A stretch of DNA of 43,038 bases from positions 322,569-365,606 of the forward strand of contig MU006093.1 in assembly GCA_010093705.1 (NCBI GenBank), read 5' to 3'. Under the pieces are notes generated by a model that saw only the letters and a program-made list of their open reading frames with translations, made no database searches and was not told the DNA's origin. This document shows positions 27,934 through 40,279 of the stretch, piece by piece (position 1 is the first letter of the stretch; each line of letters begins with the position of its first letter). Position numbers and translations under genes: made by a program. Origin of the DNA: Patellaria atrata CBS 101060 (Eukaryota).

Positions 27934-28941
27934 TTAACAACTGAAAACGGGTGGTCCCGGGATAGTGTACGGGTTAGCATTGTACATATCATAAGAAATA
28001 CCCGGATCGGTGGCCTTATATGTACCAGGAAATGCTGCTAAATTGCTCTTGGGGACAGTCGTACCGCTTCCAGAGACCTGCAGTTGATGACAGTTAGGGT
28101 AAAACTGAGCACCAGATGGCGCCCATGCTCCATGGAGAGCGATAATTTCATGACGAACGAGATAGTATCCCGGCTTAAGACAAGAAGGAATCTTATAGTT
28201 TACGCCCGCGTTACCGGCTATCTCCAGGGGTGATGTCGCCCATGTGTTTGAAGTACCACTGCGGCCCTCTTCTTGGATCTTGAACCAGACTGCCGAAGTA
28301 CCGGGTTGCCAGTTATTGCATCCTGTATTATCATTATCAGTTTGCTGCTCACATTCTGACGGTTCTCCTCAGTAGCTCAATATACCAGTGTCAGGACATC
28401 TTGCCATATATGTAATAGTGGGGCCCTTGTGACTGTCTGGCCATAGAGTCCACTTCAAATTTACCGTTTCTCCTGCTTTAGCATTTGCGTGCAAAGCTGC
28501 AGGTTTAGAAGGACCTGGAACACCACCAGCAGACCATCCACCGCATTGGAGATCCGGAAGCGTAACATCCTCAACGGGGCCGTTCCCTTGGACTTCTCGA
28601 GATACACGCTGCGGCTGTAAATGACGCATGTGTTAGCTTGGTAACGGCAAGGTTGTTCGAGCTGTAATACGCTCAAGCTACTCAACTTACCGCTGGGGAC
28701 ATATAAGGATCCTGGTAAGGCTACAGGACATAGACCGTTAGACATCGAGTTTGGTGATGAAGACCTTGTATTCAAGAGCTAACCTGGTAGAACTATATCG
28801 TAACACGTTATCAAGGCCGAATAGACGACAAGTACTGGCGACACTCACCTGATAATATTGACCTCCGATGGTCGCATTATCAACCCAACCGTGAGCGGCA
28901 ACCAAGGTCGCGCAGCCAATAACAGCTGCAAGGGACTTCAT
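27934..28941 (-). CDS. AA9 (GH61) lytic polysaccharide monooxygenase, secreted, no CBM
   Basis: Signal peptide followed by His1 (HGWVD), second His (DSHKGP), YLVRHEIIALH, GAQFYPNCHQL, ending YTIPGPPVFSC*. Four introns with 9-nt and 30-nt exons. Confidence 0.93.
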
Positions 28942-29959
28942 TTTATCAGTCTTCCAGTTTGATATAGCTTTTCAAAATTATACTGTCATCTAAGTAACGA
29001 ACTTGAAGTTATAGAAACGGAAGCACGACCGCATTTTGTACTTGAATTTTCTCCTCATTTATAATCCCACTATCTTTCAATAGAGTTGACAACATATCTC
29101 ATTCGGTTCCTGAGTTAAAGGACCGTTTTCGTCTTGGCAGCTAATATATAATATAGTGAACACTGGGAGAAATGATGCCGTGCAACTTAAGCGACACCTT
29201 TCGAACCTGGTTTTGACGGAGAAATATAGTTCTGAACTTTCGGACCGGGGATCGCGGTTTTAAAGTCTGCGGTGTCCAAAGGAAAATTCAAGAAGATACT
29301 CCGTTTAGTTGATATAAGAATCGCAGTACCAAGAACCAGCGGCCGATGTGAAACCTCGTTCCGTCGGGCCGCGTTGTTCGTTTATCGCCCGGAGTCGGAA
29401 CCATCCAGCCGGTACGATAACTTGCACATGTACTTGTGTTTATATCCTTAATGTCGCTAGCTATTCTGGTTAGGTACTTAGTTTCATGCTCTCTTATCTC
29501 ATTATACCTACTTCTTTATTACCATGAGTGCTTTTAAGGACAGTCTAAGCGGACGTCAATATATATATTACATTATTTACTATTATCTGACAGTCCTTAA
29601 AACAATCTGATATATAATCACCTACAATCAAAGCACGTTAGTTGTTTATAGAATGAATAGTTGCAAATACGGAAGGAATGTTATCTGAACGTTTATAATT
29701 AAGACATCTTCACTCCAAAGTAGCGCTCCCCTCTAAGCATGATATACCTCTCTTTTTAATAACTTATCAGCTCTCTCGCCTTTACTTCTAACTTCAAGCA
29801 TACGATCGCCCTTTCCCCCCAGCTACTCGCATAATCCAGGGCAACACCATAACAGAACTAAATAAACAAACTCCAAAACCACCACCACAATAAAGCTAAT
29901 CCCCAACACACCTAAAGAAAAATAAATAAACAATAAAACCTAAACACGTCTAAAGAGAG

Positions 29960-30125
29960 AAAAAGTTTAAAAATTTAAAAATCAAAACAGTTCCCCCCCC
30001 TATATGGTGGGGGTGCGGTACATCTGCCGGCCGACGAGGCCTGAAATCGAACCCAGGACGTGTTGGTGACATGGCCTGATCGGTGCGGTGGGGTAATTCT
30101 ACCACTAGGCCACAGGTCCTGGGTT
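29960..30125 (-). ncRNA. tRNA-derived Pol III-like element (tRNA pseudogene or SINE head) with T-rich terminator
   Basis: Minus strand has an A-box TGGCCTAGTGG, a B-box-like GGTTCGATTTC, a 6/7 acceptor-like pairing GGACCTG/CAGGCCT and downstream T-runs. The 3' T-stem strand is missing and no clean anticodon arm is visible. Confidence 0.5.
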
Positions 30126-30590
30126 ATGGAAAGAGTGCGAGTGGAAGTTGTATGTATAGTGCCGGAATACATACTTCACTAATGAGGTACCCATGGACGG
30201 GTACTGTCTCCTCACGGTTGCCCCTATGTACAGTACACTTTGTTTTATTCTTATTCCAGCATCTATTCTGTAGGATATTTATCCACATGCTGATGGTATT
30301 GTCGCCAGTTGATCACTAGTCACACAGTTGGTAGGGACCTTAGATTTCATTCTCGTGATTTTTCATTCGTCATACATGATGTGAGCGGCCTCTAGTAATT
30401 GTGTTCCAACTATCTAGTCCAGATGCTATCTACAATCAAGATAAAGAAGAAGAGAAGAGTCTGAAGGCAGGTTTGAGGAAAATATTACTGGCTGATCTTC
30501 GGATGCAGGGCGCGCTCATACCACTAGGCTCTAGCCTGTTACACATGAAGGTCATACATCAGGCGATGAACTATACAAAGCTGAAACCGC

Positions 30591-30594
<4 letters not shown>

Positions 30595-30639
<45 letters not shown>

Positions 30640-30655
30640 CCTCTACCTCTCTCTA
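30595..30655. repeat. Compound microsatellite (CT)n followed by (CTAT)n
   Basis: Direct sequence: ctctctct...ctatctatctatctatctacctctacctctctct. Confidence 0.95.
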
Positions 30656-33600
30656 TATAACCTGGAACATCTCATAATTCTTAATCGAAAAAGCAAAGAA
30701 AAAAGCCCATACAGTCCATTCGACAAGCTAAGAGTTTCGTTTCTGCTCGATGCCAAGCTTACAAGAGTACACGGTGAAATTGGGAGAGCCAGAAAAATTC
30801 GCGTGGCAAGGCAGCCTACAAATTCATACCTTACCCATTCTTCAGGGTCGCTTCTCCATTCGCGCTCTAGATGAATGGATATCTTCACCCAGTAACAACA
30901 ATAATGATACACTCCGTACGCAGTAGTAGAATATCATCATCACGGGAATTATCATTTTATCTACGCTTAACAGCAGAGACTACTCAAGACTCAATCCGTC
31001 CTAGGACAAATGCCGCTGTTTTGCGCGTGTAGAACCTTAGGGTACCCCAGAACTCCGACGTAGTACCTGTGCTATCCTACCACCCAGGGATGTTTCTGGT
31101 TTGATGAAAATATCGCTCAGGGATGCTTCTAAGTAGTCTTTCTGTGGGCAAATTGCGCATTTGGTGGATAGATTTGAAGAAGTTAGAGGAGAATGCGGTG
31201 TTATAGATGGTCAAGTGCGAAAGATCAGGGCTTTAAATAGCTAGGGGGCCTAATGATCAGGGGCTCGAATGATCACTAGAGCATTAGAGACTCCTGTCTC
31301 TCACTACCAGATATAAAATCTCCGTTAAGCGATCCTTTCCTTCTCCATCATCTACTCTTCATCCTTAGGAGGGATATCATAGAAAAGGGAAAATTCGGCT
31401 CCGTGGACACGCTATTAGGTACAGAAGATTCCGGTCGAAGCTTTACGTGTTATTAGGTCAGGAAAAACCACTCCTGTGATTTGTGGAAGAATATATTTTC
31501 TAATCCCTAGGATAATGTGTTGGTTGTATGGGCTCGGTGATGACGATCGCCACTAGAAGTAAGTGCAAATCATGACCACCAACCATCTCCTTCTTCTCCC
31601 CAGTTACTAAAAACAAACCTCCTCAAGGGTATCGGTATAATCTTCCTCCAGTCCGAACCAAGGAGCCAAATATCTATCTGGCGATGTCGTCATACAAGGA
31701 ATGATTTCCTACCGTTCCTTCTCAATGAAAGGTAAATTCAACTAAGGGATCAGAAAAGAGTAAGAAAGGAGACTTCTAGATGGAGTTTATAAAGAACAGA
31801 ATCTTTATCCACTGCTTACCAAGCGCTCACACGATTATTATCATACATACACCAGTTAACCCTCCCTGTAAGCTGCCGCTCAAGCAAGTGAACACCACTT
31901 ACACGACCTAGTACTGAACTTTCTGGGATAGTATATAACCCCCCTTGATCTCGACTTCTTCCTCTTCTTCAAATTGAGACTAAGACAATACGTGGTGTCT
32001 TGCTGATAATGGGAGAACAACATTTGAGAAGCTCGGAACACGAATTGATATTGCAACCGCCCACATATACTAAATATTCTAGTCGTCTATCCTGTCTGAG
32101 GAATACTTTTGGAAAACTCTATTGGGATGTCCTTCTTAGTAGGCTAGAGATCATATACTATCTATCTTACAGTTCAGTCAAATTTCTCATCCTGGCTTGA
32201 CGACGGTGATGCTCATCTGCTCTTCAAAGCAAGGGTAGGGAATTGAGTGGTGAATATCATTAGACCACCCATTACTTAACAAGAGAAGACCACAAGGTAC
32301 CTGAGCTTCCTTGTATGCTAATATGCTTCTTCCTCACGATACAATGGATTCGGATATTTATTATCGACTAGCCATCACCAGAACTTATATTGTTCTCGAG
32401 ATTTTAGAATTGAAGTAGACGGAAGCTCTCCTTAAATAAGAGCAGAAACATGCACAAGGACCTACTAAACTGACCAAACATCTGACCAACCCTACTGATC
32501 AACCTCCTTTCTATAGCGCAGTCATTAGTCATCTCACCGCAACTGACGCCTCGTTGACTTCATCTACTCACACCGCTGCCAAAGTCTGTGATACAAGATC
32601 TTCACCTGATTGATCCTTTCTCCTTCTATTCCAACAAACGCTTGTTGAGGAGCAGTGTGGAAACAGCCCTTACCCAATGTTCTCGAGATTCCAGGAATGA
32701 TTGAGGGTGTGGAACTTCGATCGTCTAAGGAAATGTTTGTCGTTGAATGGATCCGGCATACCCAATACTAAGGCAAAATCATTGCCGTGGTCTATATCAT
32801 ATTCTGGAGATGTGAGCCTGATGGATCAACTCCTTTTTGCGGATGAGTGTTCGATAAGTGATGTAATACAGGATTGACATCGACTATAAAGGCTATATGC
32901 TTGCGGCTGAGGTATGATGAGCATCAGTGCTTTTACATAAGGATCCCTATCCCCATAATACTAAGGACCCGATCGAGTAGAAACTCTTTTTATGAACCGG
33001 TTCCAATTAAGAACCCCCTTCTGATGTTCCTCCCTAGGTTCTCCGTCAGGATGAATTGTTCGTACCGCCAAAGCAGCAACCCAATGAACGCTTCGTTCCT
33101 GATGATAGATCCAACCGCCCGCGAAAGACATATGGAAACTGATTCTTCAACTCGAAGAATAGAGCCGTACCTATTTATATACCTACCAATTTGAAGCCAT
33201 ACTTATAAACCAGACATAAGATGACCTCACCAACATACGGCAGATACCTGACGACATATCTGACTGGACTGACTGAACCCCTGACTAATCTAGCTATCTC
33301 CCTGTGGTCGACGTCCGATTGCCCGCTACGCTGGGTAAGTGTAAATAACTCAGTCTATTGAACGTCATCTTTTTCTTCTCCAGCAACCTCTCGTCAAAGA
33401 GCTGTGTGGTACCCCAATAGCTCCTTTCCTCTGTTGGGGATGACAATTCTTAAGAATGTTTCTAGTATTCAGTGCCTTCCTAAAACACGAACACAAACAC
33501 TATCGCTGCTTTGTCGTAACAAACTTTATACTGCTACCTTAGCATATCAACACTCAACACTATCCACCCACTCTTCCACAGCCCACAATTATTTCCTAAC

Positions 33601-34896
33601 TAATATAACGACCCCAGTGATAAAAACCATACGCCTACACCCTCGATAACCCCCAAGACTTCCGGTCAAAATGGTAATCGTCATAACAACCAACTTCCCT
33701 CTGGAAAACTTTCTACAAGGTTGCGAAAATCAATGCCCCCTTTTGATTCCACTCCAAACATCTCCCAATGCGCAATTTCAGTACCCGGGGCCGCAGGGGC
33801 CCGATAGATGCTTGGACTCTAAAGATCGATAATGTAGCGACAGCGAAATACGCGTCAGCACTGGTTAGTTTACTTTGAAAGAAGTGGAGGTGTACGCATT
33901 TATAAACCTACTCGTTAGAAATCTGGTGATAAACGAGATGCAAAACTCACTGACGCACAGTAGACATCTGACCAAGCCTTTCGATGATCGCCTGACTCAG
34001 CCCGTCCTCTCACTGCGATTGACGTAGAACTGACCTCAAACGCTCACACAGCCCTCAGGGATTGGTATATAACATCCGTCCTTCCCCTCTTCTATTTCTT
34101 CTCCAACATTCTCCTAGTCGAAGAGCAAGACTAACTTCTACCCTCAAAACAGACGTTGAGAAAGAACAAACCCTACCACTTCAAACAACGTAGGGTATTG
34201 GACGTGGACCGCTGCGATCCCGATGCCGAACGGTATTTTTCCCGCTCATCCGCAACTATCGTGTCTACTCGACTGAAGCCATGAATGATACCAAGAAAAT
34301 CGGCATATCATTCTAAAGGAACCTTGTTGCGGTTGCCAAATAACGCTTTTCAGTGATGATTTTCACCATTAACATGAGTGGAGCAGTCCCTTCCTAAGAG
34401 CTTGAGTCGCTAAGTCGTGACACGGAATGAGGCTCTTTCTTCGTACTTTCCGAGCACCCGCCAGGTGATTAATTTCCACTTCGTGAAACGAATACGCAGC
34501 GTAATTCTTGACCTACCTTATCAATAGATGATGGAATTGGTGCAATGAAACCTAAAGCAAAGCTCAGGTTTTAGTTTATATACCCATGACCTGGAAGCTC
34601 GCTGTGTATAAGTCACGGGACCTGTGTGATCACACGACTAAGTGTAGGATGGGAGCCCCAATATGCATCACATATACTAGTCGTATGTAAACGATTGAGC
34701 CATCTGGATGGTAGTATTATTCTCTACCTCCATGAAATGACCTGTAATTTGAACTACCCCATGACTGGTATTGCTAAAGTGAGCAAACAGTCGTATGGTG
34801 GGTACATGATCTACCTGAAAATCCATCCCACCCAATATCTCCAAGGCACCAGGCACCAGAACCCGGATAACACCTTGACCACCTTGACGCCGTGAG

Positions 34897-36630
34897 TTAG
34901 ACAATAGGGTAAACAGGAGTACGATAGCTATCTTTGACGATCTCATCGCTGATCTTCCAGAAAGAAGTTGGACCTGCAGGTCCATGATCGTCGTAATCCC
35001 TAAACGATGCTGTAAGTACATGGGAAGCTAAAGATAAGCAGGACTTACTTATCAAACCATGTGCCGAGAACTCCGCGGGCGGACCGAAGACCGCCAATCT
35101 GAACACCTTCGCTACGCCAGCGCTCTTCACTATAGAGTTGATGAGCTTAGAATGTGTAGATAGGATCATAGACGACTTACCCATGGAATATTGACCATGA
35201 AGTCCAGCGAACTTCGCCTTGAGGAGTGAGTTTTACTATGCCTAGACTTTGTAAGCGCCAGCCAGACCGTTCTCATGTTAAAGAGTTTACCTCGTATCTT
35301 TGAATTTGCATCCGGATCAAAAGACGTATGCATGGATCGCGAAGTACCTTTAAACTCTACAGTAGGGAGAGTTTCACCAGCTCCAGGGGGTATAATCTTG
35401 CTAACACGAAGCTTGATTGTGATAAGTCGAATTGCTTCTCTTGATGAAAGGGGTGGGCTTCTTTCGCGGTGTATGAGAGTCCCATCTATATTGAAATTGT
35501 ACGCATAAAGGTCATGGTAGTCTAAAAAGCGTTAGATAAACCGAAAAAGGTCAGAGAAACTATGTACCTAAGAAGCAAACAATCTGTTTCAAGTTAGCTA
35601 GTTCCAATAGTCTAGTTGCAAGCCACAACTCACTCTCATCCAAGTACCCGCAACACCATAAGGGTCCTGGGAATTGAGGTCCATAGATGGTTCCTCCAGC
35701 ATCCTAGTACCAGAGTTAGAGGGACAAGCTAGAGCATTAGCCCGTTCGGCGGCTTCATGAGCTTTGCAAAGCAAGGGTTTGGATCTGAAGCTATTCGCCG
35801 CACAACCAAAGAACTCTTTATCCCATGGCGATCCAAATAGACTGCCGGAATGGCTATGTACTCGTTCGGTGAATAATTGGAAATTGAAATTCAGTACCAC
35901 CATGATAGCCTCGACCTTCTCCCAATCGACATCTTGAGAACCATCATTCTTGAAAGGGCCCCAATATGATTCCTTGGTGTACTGGCTGAGATCGTAGACG
36001 CGGCCACGAGCATATGGATGTAATGGTTTTGCGAGACGTGGATAAGGCTCCATAGACTTACCAAGTAAGACATGTAGTTTGGCGCTGAGTTGGCGTACTT
36101 TGCTGTCCTCAGAACCGAATTGCGTTTCCGATCCTGCATCATCAAACAACGATGATTTACACATAAGCGTATCAAGATTGCTTGTTTCTTTGAAGAGCAT
36201 GTCGAGTGCTTTACGGTTTTGAGAGTTCATGAAAGGAGTTGATGCCGTGAAGATTAGATCCTGAACATCATCTGCTATAGCGAAGAATGATTCATTATCC
36301 ATGTGATTCCAAACATTGTCACCACAAAGTAACAATTTCTTCGCCAGGACATGCCCAGAAATGCGCATATGCCAATCGGGTTCTGGTTCATTGGGTCTCG
36401 CACGAGGATCGTCCTTTAACTCGATCAGCAATTGTTATAATCCCTCAAAACACCATGTCGAGCACGCATACGTAAGTCTTTAAAAATAATTCTTTCCATA
36501 GTAACCTATTTCCAGTTATAAATGAATGAAGAGCTCTGTTTGTTGATGACAATCTAGCCAAATCTTCCGGATCAACTTCCTTTAGGACTTCCTGCATCAG
36601 CTCCGCAGAAAGGTCTAAGAGGCCCGGCAT
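34897..36630 (-). CDS. F-box domain protein
   Basis: N-terminal F-box [32 protein letters not shown]. Conserved fungal C-terminal blocks WGPF...[50 protein letters not shown]. Multiple introns. Confidence 0.88.
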
Positions 36631-36725
36631 GATCAAAATTGTATTTTCAACCTAGACGGAAATCTTTCTTTGTCAACGAAGGACCTGAACGGCGATGATC
36701 ATGTTGAGATGTTGAGGTATGATAG

Positions 36726-36787
36726 TAGAACTAGAGGTAAGGTAACCCGAAGCTCTACCCTGATGACTACCTTACCTTTAGAACTAG
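36726..36787. repeat. 9-bp direct repeats flanking a perfect 10-bp inverted repeat (possible MITE remnant or paired binding sites)
   Basis: TAGAACTAG-AGGTAAGGTA-23 nt-TACCTTACCT-T-TAGAACTAG. Confidence 0.7.
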
Positions 36788-37131
36788 CGCCGTGCGGAGT
36801 TAAGATCGATGAACCCCGAGGGGGAAACGTGGGGTAGCTGTTGGCCTATTTCTCACCACCACACTAAGAATTATCATAACCCAATACGAAATGAGAGTCT
36901 TAACTAGCAAGCCCAGTACTACTAAAGATCGTGAGAATTCAATTACCGTGCTGATGGAATATCAAGAAACCGGGACACTGGTTTGGTATTCGAGAACTAC
37001 CTAAGCCCTCAGTGATGTATCATATCTATCATGTCTATACCCCTGAATTACCTTATATTCATTAAGCGGAAGCTCAGGGCCAGAGCAGCTCGTTCTATTC
37101 AACCATTTTAGGTGAAGAGTCACATCACTCA

Positions 37132-39391
37132 TCAATGCCTCGCTTCGTCAGTTCTATACCCACCGACGATCCTAATTCGTCCCTCAAGCCGGGGGGCAAC
37201 AGCTATTAATATTGTTAGAATCTTAGTAATATAAAGTCTTTTTGAGTAACTCTCATACCTTTTGTCCAATGAACGCCAAACTCCCCTTCTCCCAGCTCAT
37301 CCGCAAGCGCAGGATTGCCTGGTAAACCAGCTAACCGCCACCACTTCCGCATAACTTTTCTTATGATGACTAATTCCCTCTCTGTATCACTCAACTTCGT
37401 ATCTGTCTTCTCGTTGCGATTTTGCTCCTTTTCCGAATCACTGTCGACCTCCGACTCCGACTCGTCAAGCGGTGCTTCCTCACCCTCAGGTCTAGTTCCA
37501 TGAGGAGTGGTCCTTCCGGATGGCTTGCCACCCTTCGTGGGCTTTGATAGCGACTCGACCACAGAATGTGATGGTGGTGTGGGCTCGTGGACTGGGTGAG
37601 AGGATTGCAATCCTTGTTGTACCTTCCCCCAGTGACGACCCATACTTGGACCCCATTGTTTCCATCGCCCAAGTACTTTCAGAGACATGAAGTATTGCCG
37701 TAACATCATGGAGATAAGGATCCCATTCTCTTCACTCACGATTTCTTCCGCAACACCACCTTCCGACTTGATTAGAAGCGAGTCAAAACCATCTTTCCCA
37801 CGTCCCATGTATCCCCGTGTCGCTACTGAGTAATCTTTCTCTAAGTCAACAGGCTTATTTCCAATCTTGGTATATGTGACTCGTGATCCTTCCGGCTTCT
37901 CGGGATCAAATGCAAACTTGATATTGGAAATTTGGGAGAAACGGCCTTCAAGAGCAGGGTACTTGCTAACGGAGTTTTCAAGAGCTTCAATAATCGCTTT
38001 GCCCTTCACCCTAAGTACGACGACAGGATCTTCGAAGGGGAAGCTACAAGTAATTAATATGAATTTGTAATACTATCGGAATTATACTCACCAATTCATA
38101 ATGTCCTTTAATCTGAGAATGCCTGGAGGGTAGATCTGATCCCCACGAATAGTACCACCAGCCATGATTCTAGTCACTTTAGTATGAAGAATGCAGGGGC
38201 TGTAAATTGACTTACCCGCAATCAGCGTTATAATATTGTCTCATCAAGTCACAGACAAAGTTGCCATAATTAGACTCCTTTAAGCGCACAGTAGTAAACC
38301 GAGCATCCAGAGGAGCTGATGTGTAACCAATCGGCTTCTCTAGTTTTGCCTTGAGTGTCGCCGTAAGCTTTTCTACCATTTCTATGGCTTTTGCATCTTG
38401 CGGTATTTCTGACACAATATCCCTACGGATGATTTCGAAGTGCCACCCATGCTCATCTGACTTCCGGCGAGCTTCAAGATAGCTCAATTGCTTGAAGTCG
38501 CTACCGGATCGAAGAACGTGGGTACCATTAATGAAGCTGTGGGCGTAGAAATGGTCGTGACCACCAAGTATCAAGTCGATGCCATCAACTTTTTCAGCAA
38601 GTTTATTGTCATTCGGCTCCCTCTGATGTGTGATAGCAACGATCATTTCGGCTCCTTGCTCTTTTAGTCCTGGGATAAGTTCTTTCGCAGTTTGTGACGC
38701 GCTCTTGTAGATAAGGTCTGGGGGTAAAGAGTTGATAGTGTCCAGCCATTCTCTCTCGCCGAGACCTATTATACCAATCTTGATTCCATTTGACGTCGTA
38801 ATTATATGAGTTTTCCCCGCGTTACCGAGAGGAACATCTTCGCCGAGCGCTGGGTCGAGTACGTTGGCTAATAACCACGGGAACTTGCACTGGGCGGTAA
38901 GATGACGGTATTGTCGGACGCCAAAGTCGAGATCATGATTCTATACCATATATACATTAGCAATTACGGAGAGAATGTTGAGGTTTTAGAGTCTTACACC
39001 AACAGCAGCACAATCTGTCCCAAGACTGTTAAGGAACGGTACCATATGACTACCTTCGCCCTTGTCAAAACCACACACCCAAACTATATAGCTCTCGTGA
39101 TATGGGATGATCAGAGCTCCACCAACCTTTTGTGACACTACTTTCCAAGCTGGGGTTAAATGCATCGCCAGAAAAGAATGTGAGCAACTCGCTCTGACCT
39201 GCGAACTTCTCATCATTCCTATAGTGATTTGCTACGGTCTGAAATCTCGCCACACCACCCACAGGCTCTGCAGAGGAAGCATCAATGTGATAGACATCGT
39301 TGTAATGGAGGATTCTGACATCTGGAGGTCCGTCATTGTGCCCGCTGCTGAATGTAATTATATCCCCCGCAGTAGAGGAATTGGACGTCAT
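37132..39391 (-). CDS. 5'-nucleotidase family metallophosphoesterase, no signal peptide
   Basis: ILHYNDVY, FSGDAF, VG|NHDLDFG, AITHQR, LGGHDH, ESNYGNFVCD, GGTIRGD, FPFED, YMGRGKDGF. Five predicted introns. Confidence 0.9.
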
Positions 39392-40279
39392 TGGAACAGT
39401 TGAAGTTCAATTATTGAATTGAGGCGTAGATTTAAAGGTTTTACCTGTAAGGTGAGAAGCTGAAGGCACATCCAAGAGCTACCTTTTAGTGACTTGTGTT
39501 GTCACTGCATGGCGAGCTGGCCCTTCGCAGTAGCCCAACTCGTCAAATTTCAGTTAAAGGTTGGCTTTCAACGGTAACTCAGTGCAAATCTGAATTAGAA
39601 GAATATCAAACGTGTAAAGCTAGTATTAGCAGTCAGAACAAGCTATACTTTGAGGCATCACGTATTGCAGAGAGGAAGATGGAAGGAATAAGCGGTAAGG
39701 TAGCAGGGAGGAAAAGTCTCAATTCTGATTGGCCGCATTGATAATTGCAACCACAATCACCATAGAAGGGCCCATTACCAGAGGGGACTGAAAAATATCT
39801 CCAAAAAAAAAAAAAAACTGATTACAAGAAGACGCCAAAAAACACTCAGAACAACCAGTCGCTGCAGAATTCCATCTGGAGCACCAACAATCACCGAGAA
39901 GCCATGCAACCAACCACAAAACCAGAGAAGAACTCCAGAAAGGTACAGATGCTCATGCGTTCTCAGCTTGAAAAACTTCCAGTGTATTTGTGACACAAAT
40001 AGGACGAAGATCAACCAGCCAGAAACGCGATAGAGAAGGCGTACAACACGCCATACCAAAGAACACTAGCGAGAAACCATGCCAACACGACCAGCGACGA
40101 CAAAAGCCAGACGACACAACCCAGACGACACAACCCAGAGAGATTGCAAAAAAAAGGGCCGAGCAGCAAAACCAATATTACACCAACCAAAGAAAACGCC
40201 GAAACCGGAAGACTCCGTACACAAGTAATGCATAGCAAGACGAGTAACCTGCAACCAAGGAGCCGCGTTGATCTACAAA

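Noticed and set aside
29018..29031. CGG-N8-CCG ClrB/ManR-type site near the AA9 gene
   Set aside because: It lies between the likely TATA (~29060) and the ATG, so probably in the 5' UTR; a chance match is plausible.
30401..30874. 157-aa ORF in the gene-poor interval
   Set aside because: GTG start, kept open partly by the microsatellite, and no domain.
31373..31410. IEKGKFGSV resembling a kinase Gly-rich loop
   Set aside because: No VAIK, HRD or DFG motifs at suitable spacing.
32640..33194. Apparent RIP-degraded reading frame
   Set aside because: Stop density is about that of random sequence and there is no recognisable homology.
34350..34430. C/D snoRNA candidate (GTGATGA at ~34353)
   Set aside because: No downstream CTGA D box or terminal stem.
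36745..36770. Hammerhead ribozyme (CTGATGA inside the hairpin)
   Set aside because: The GAAA core and three-stem topology are absent.
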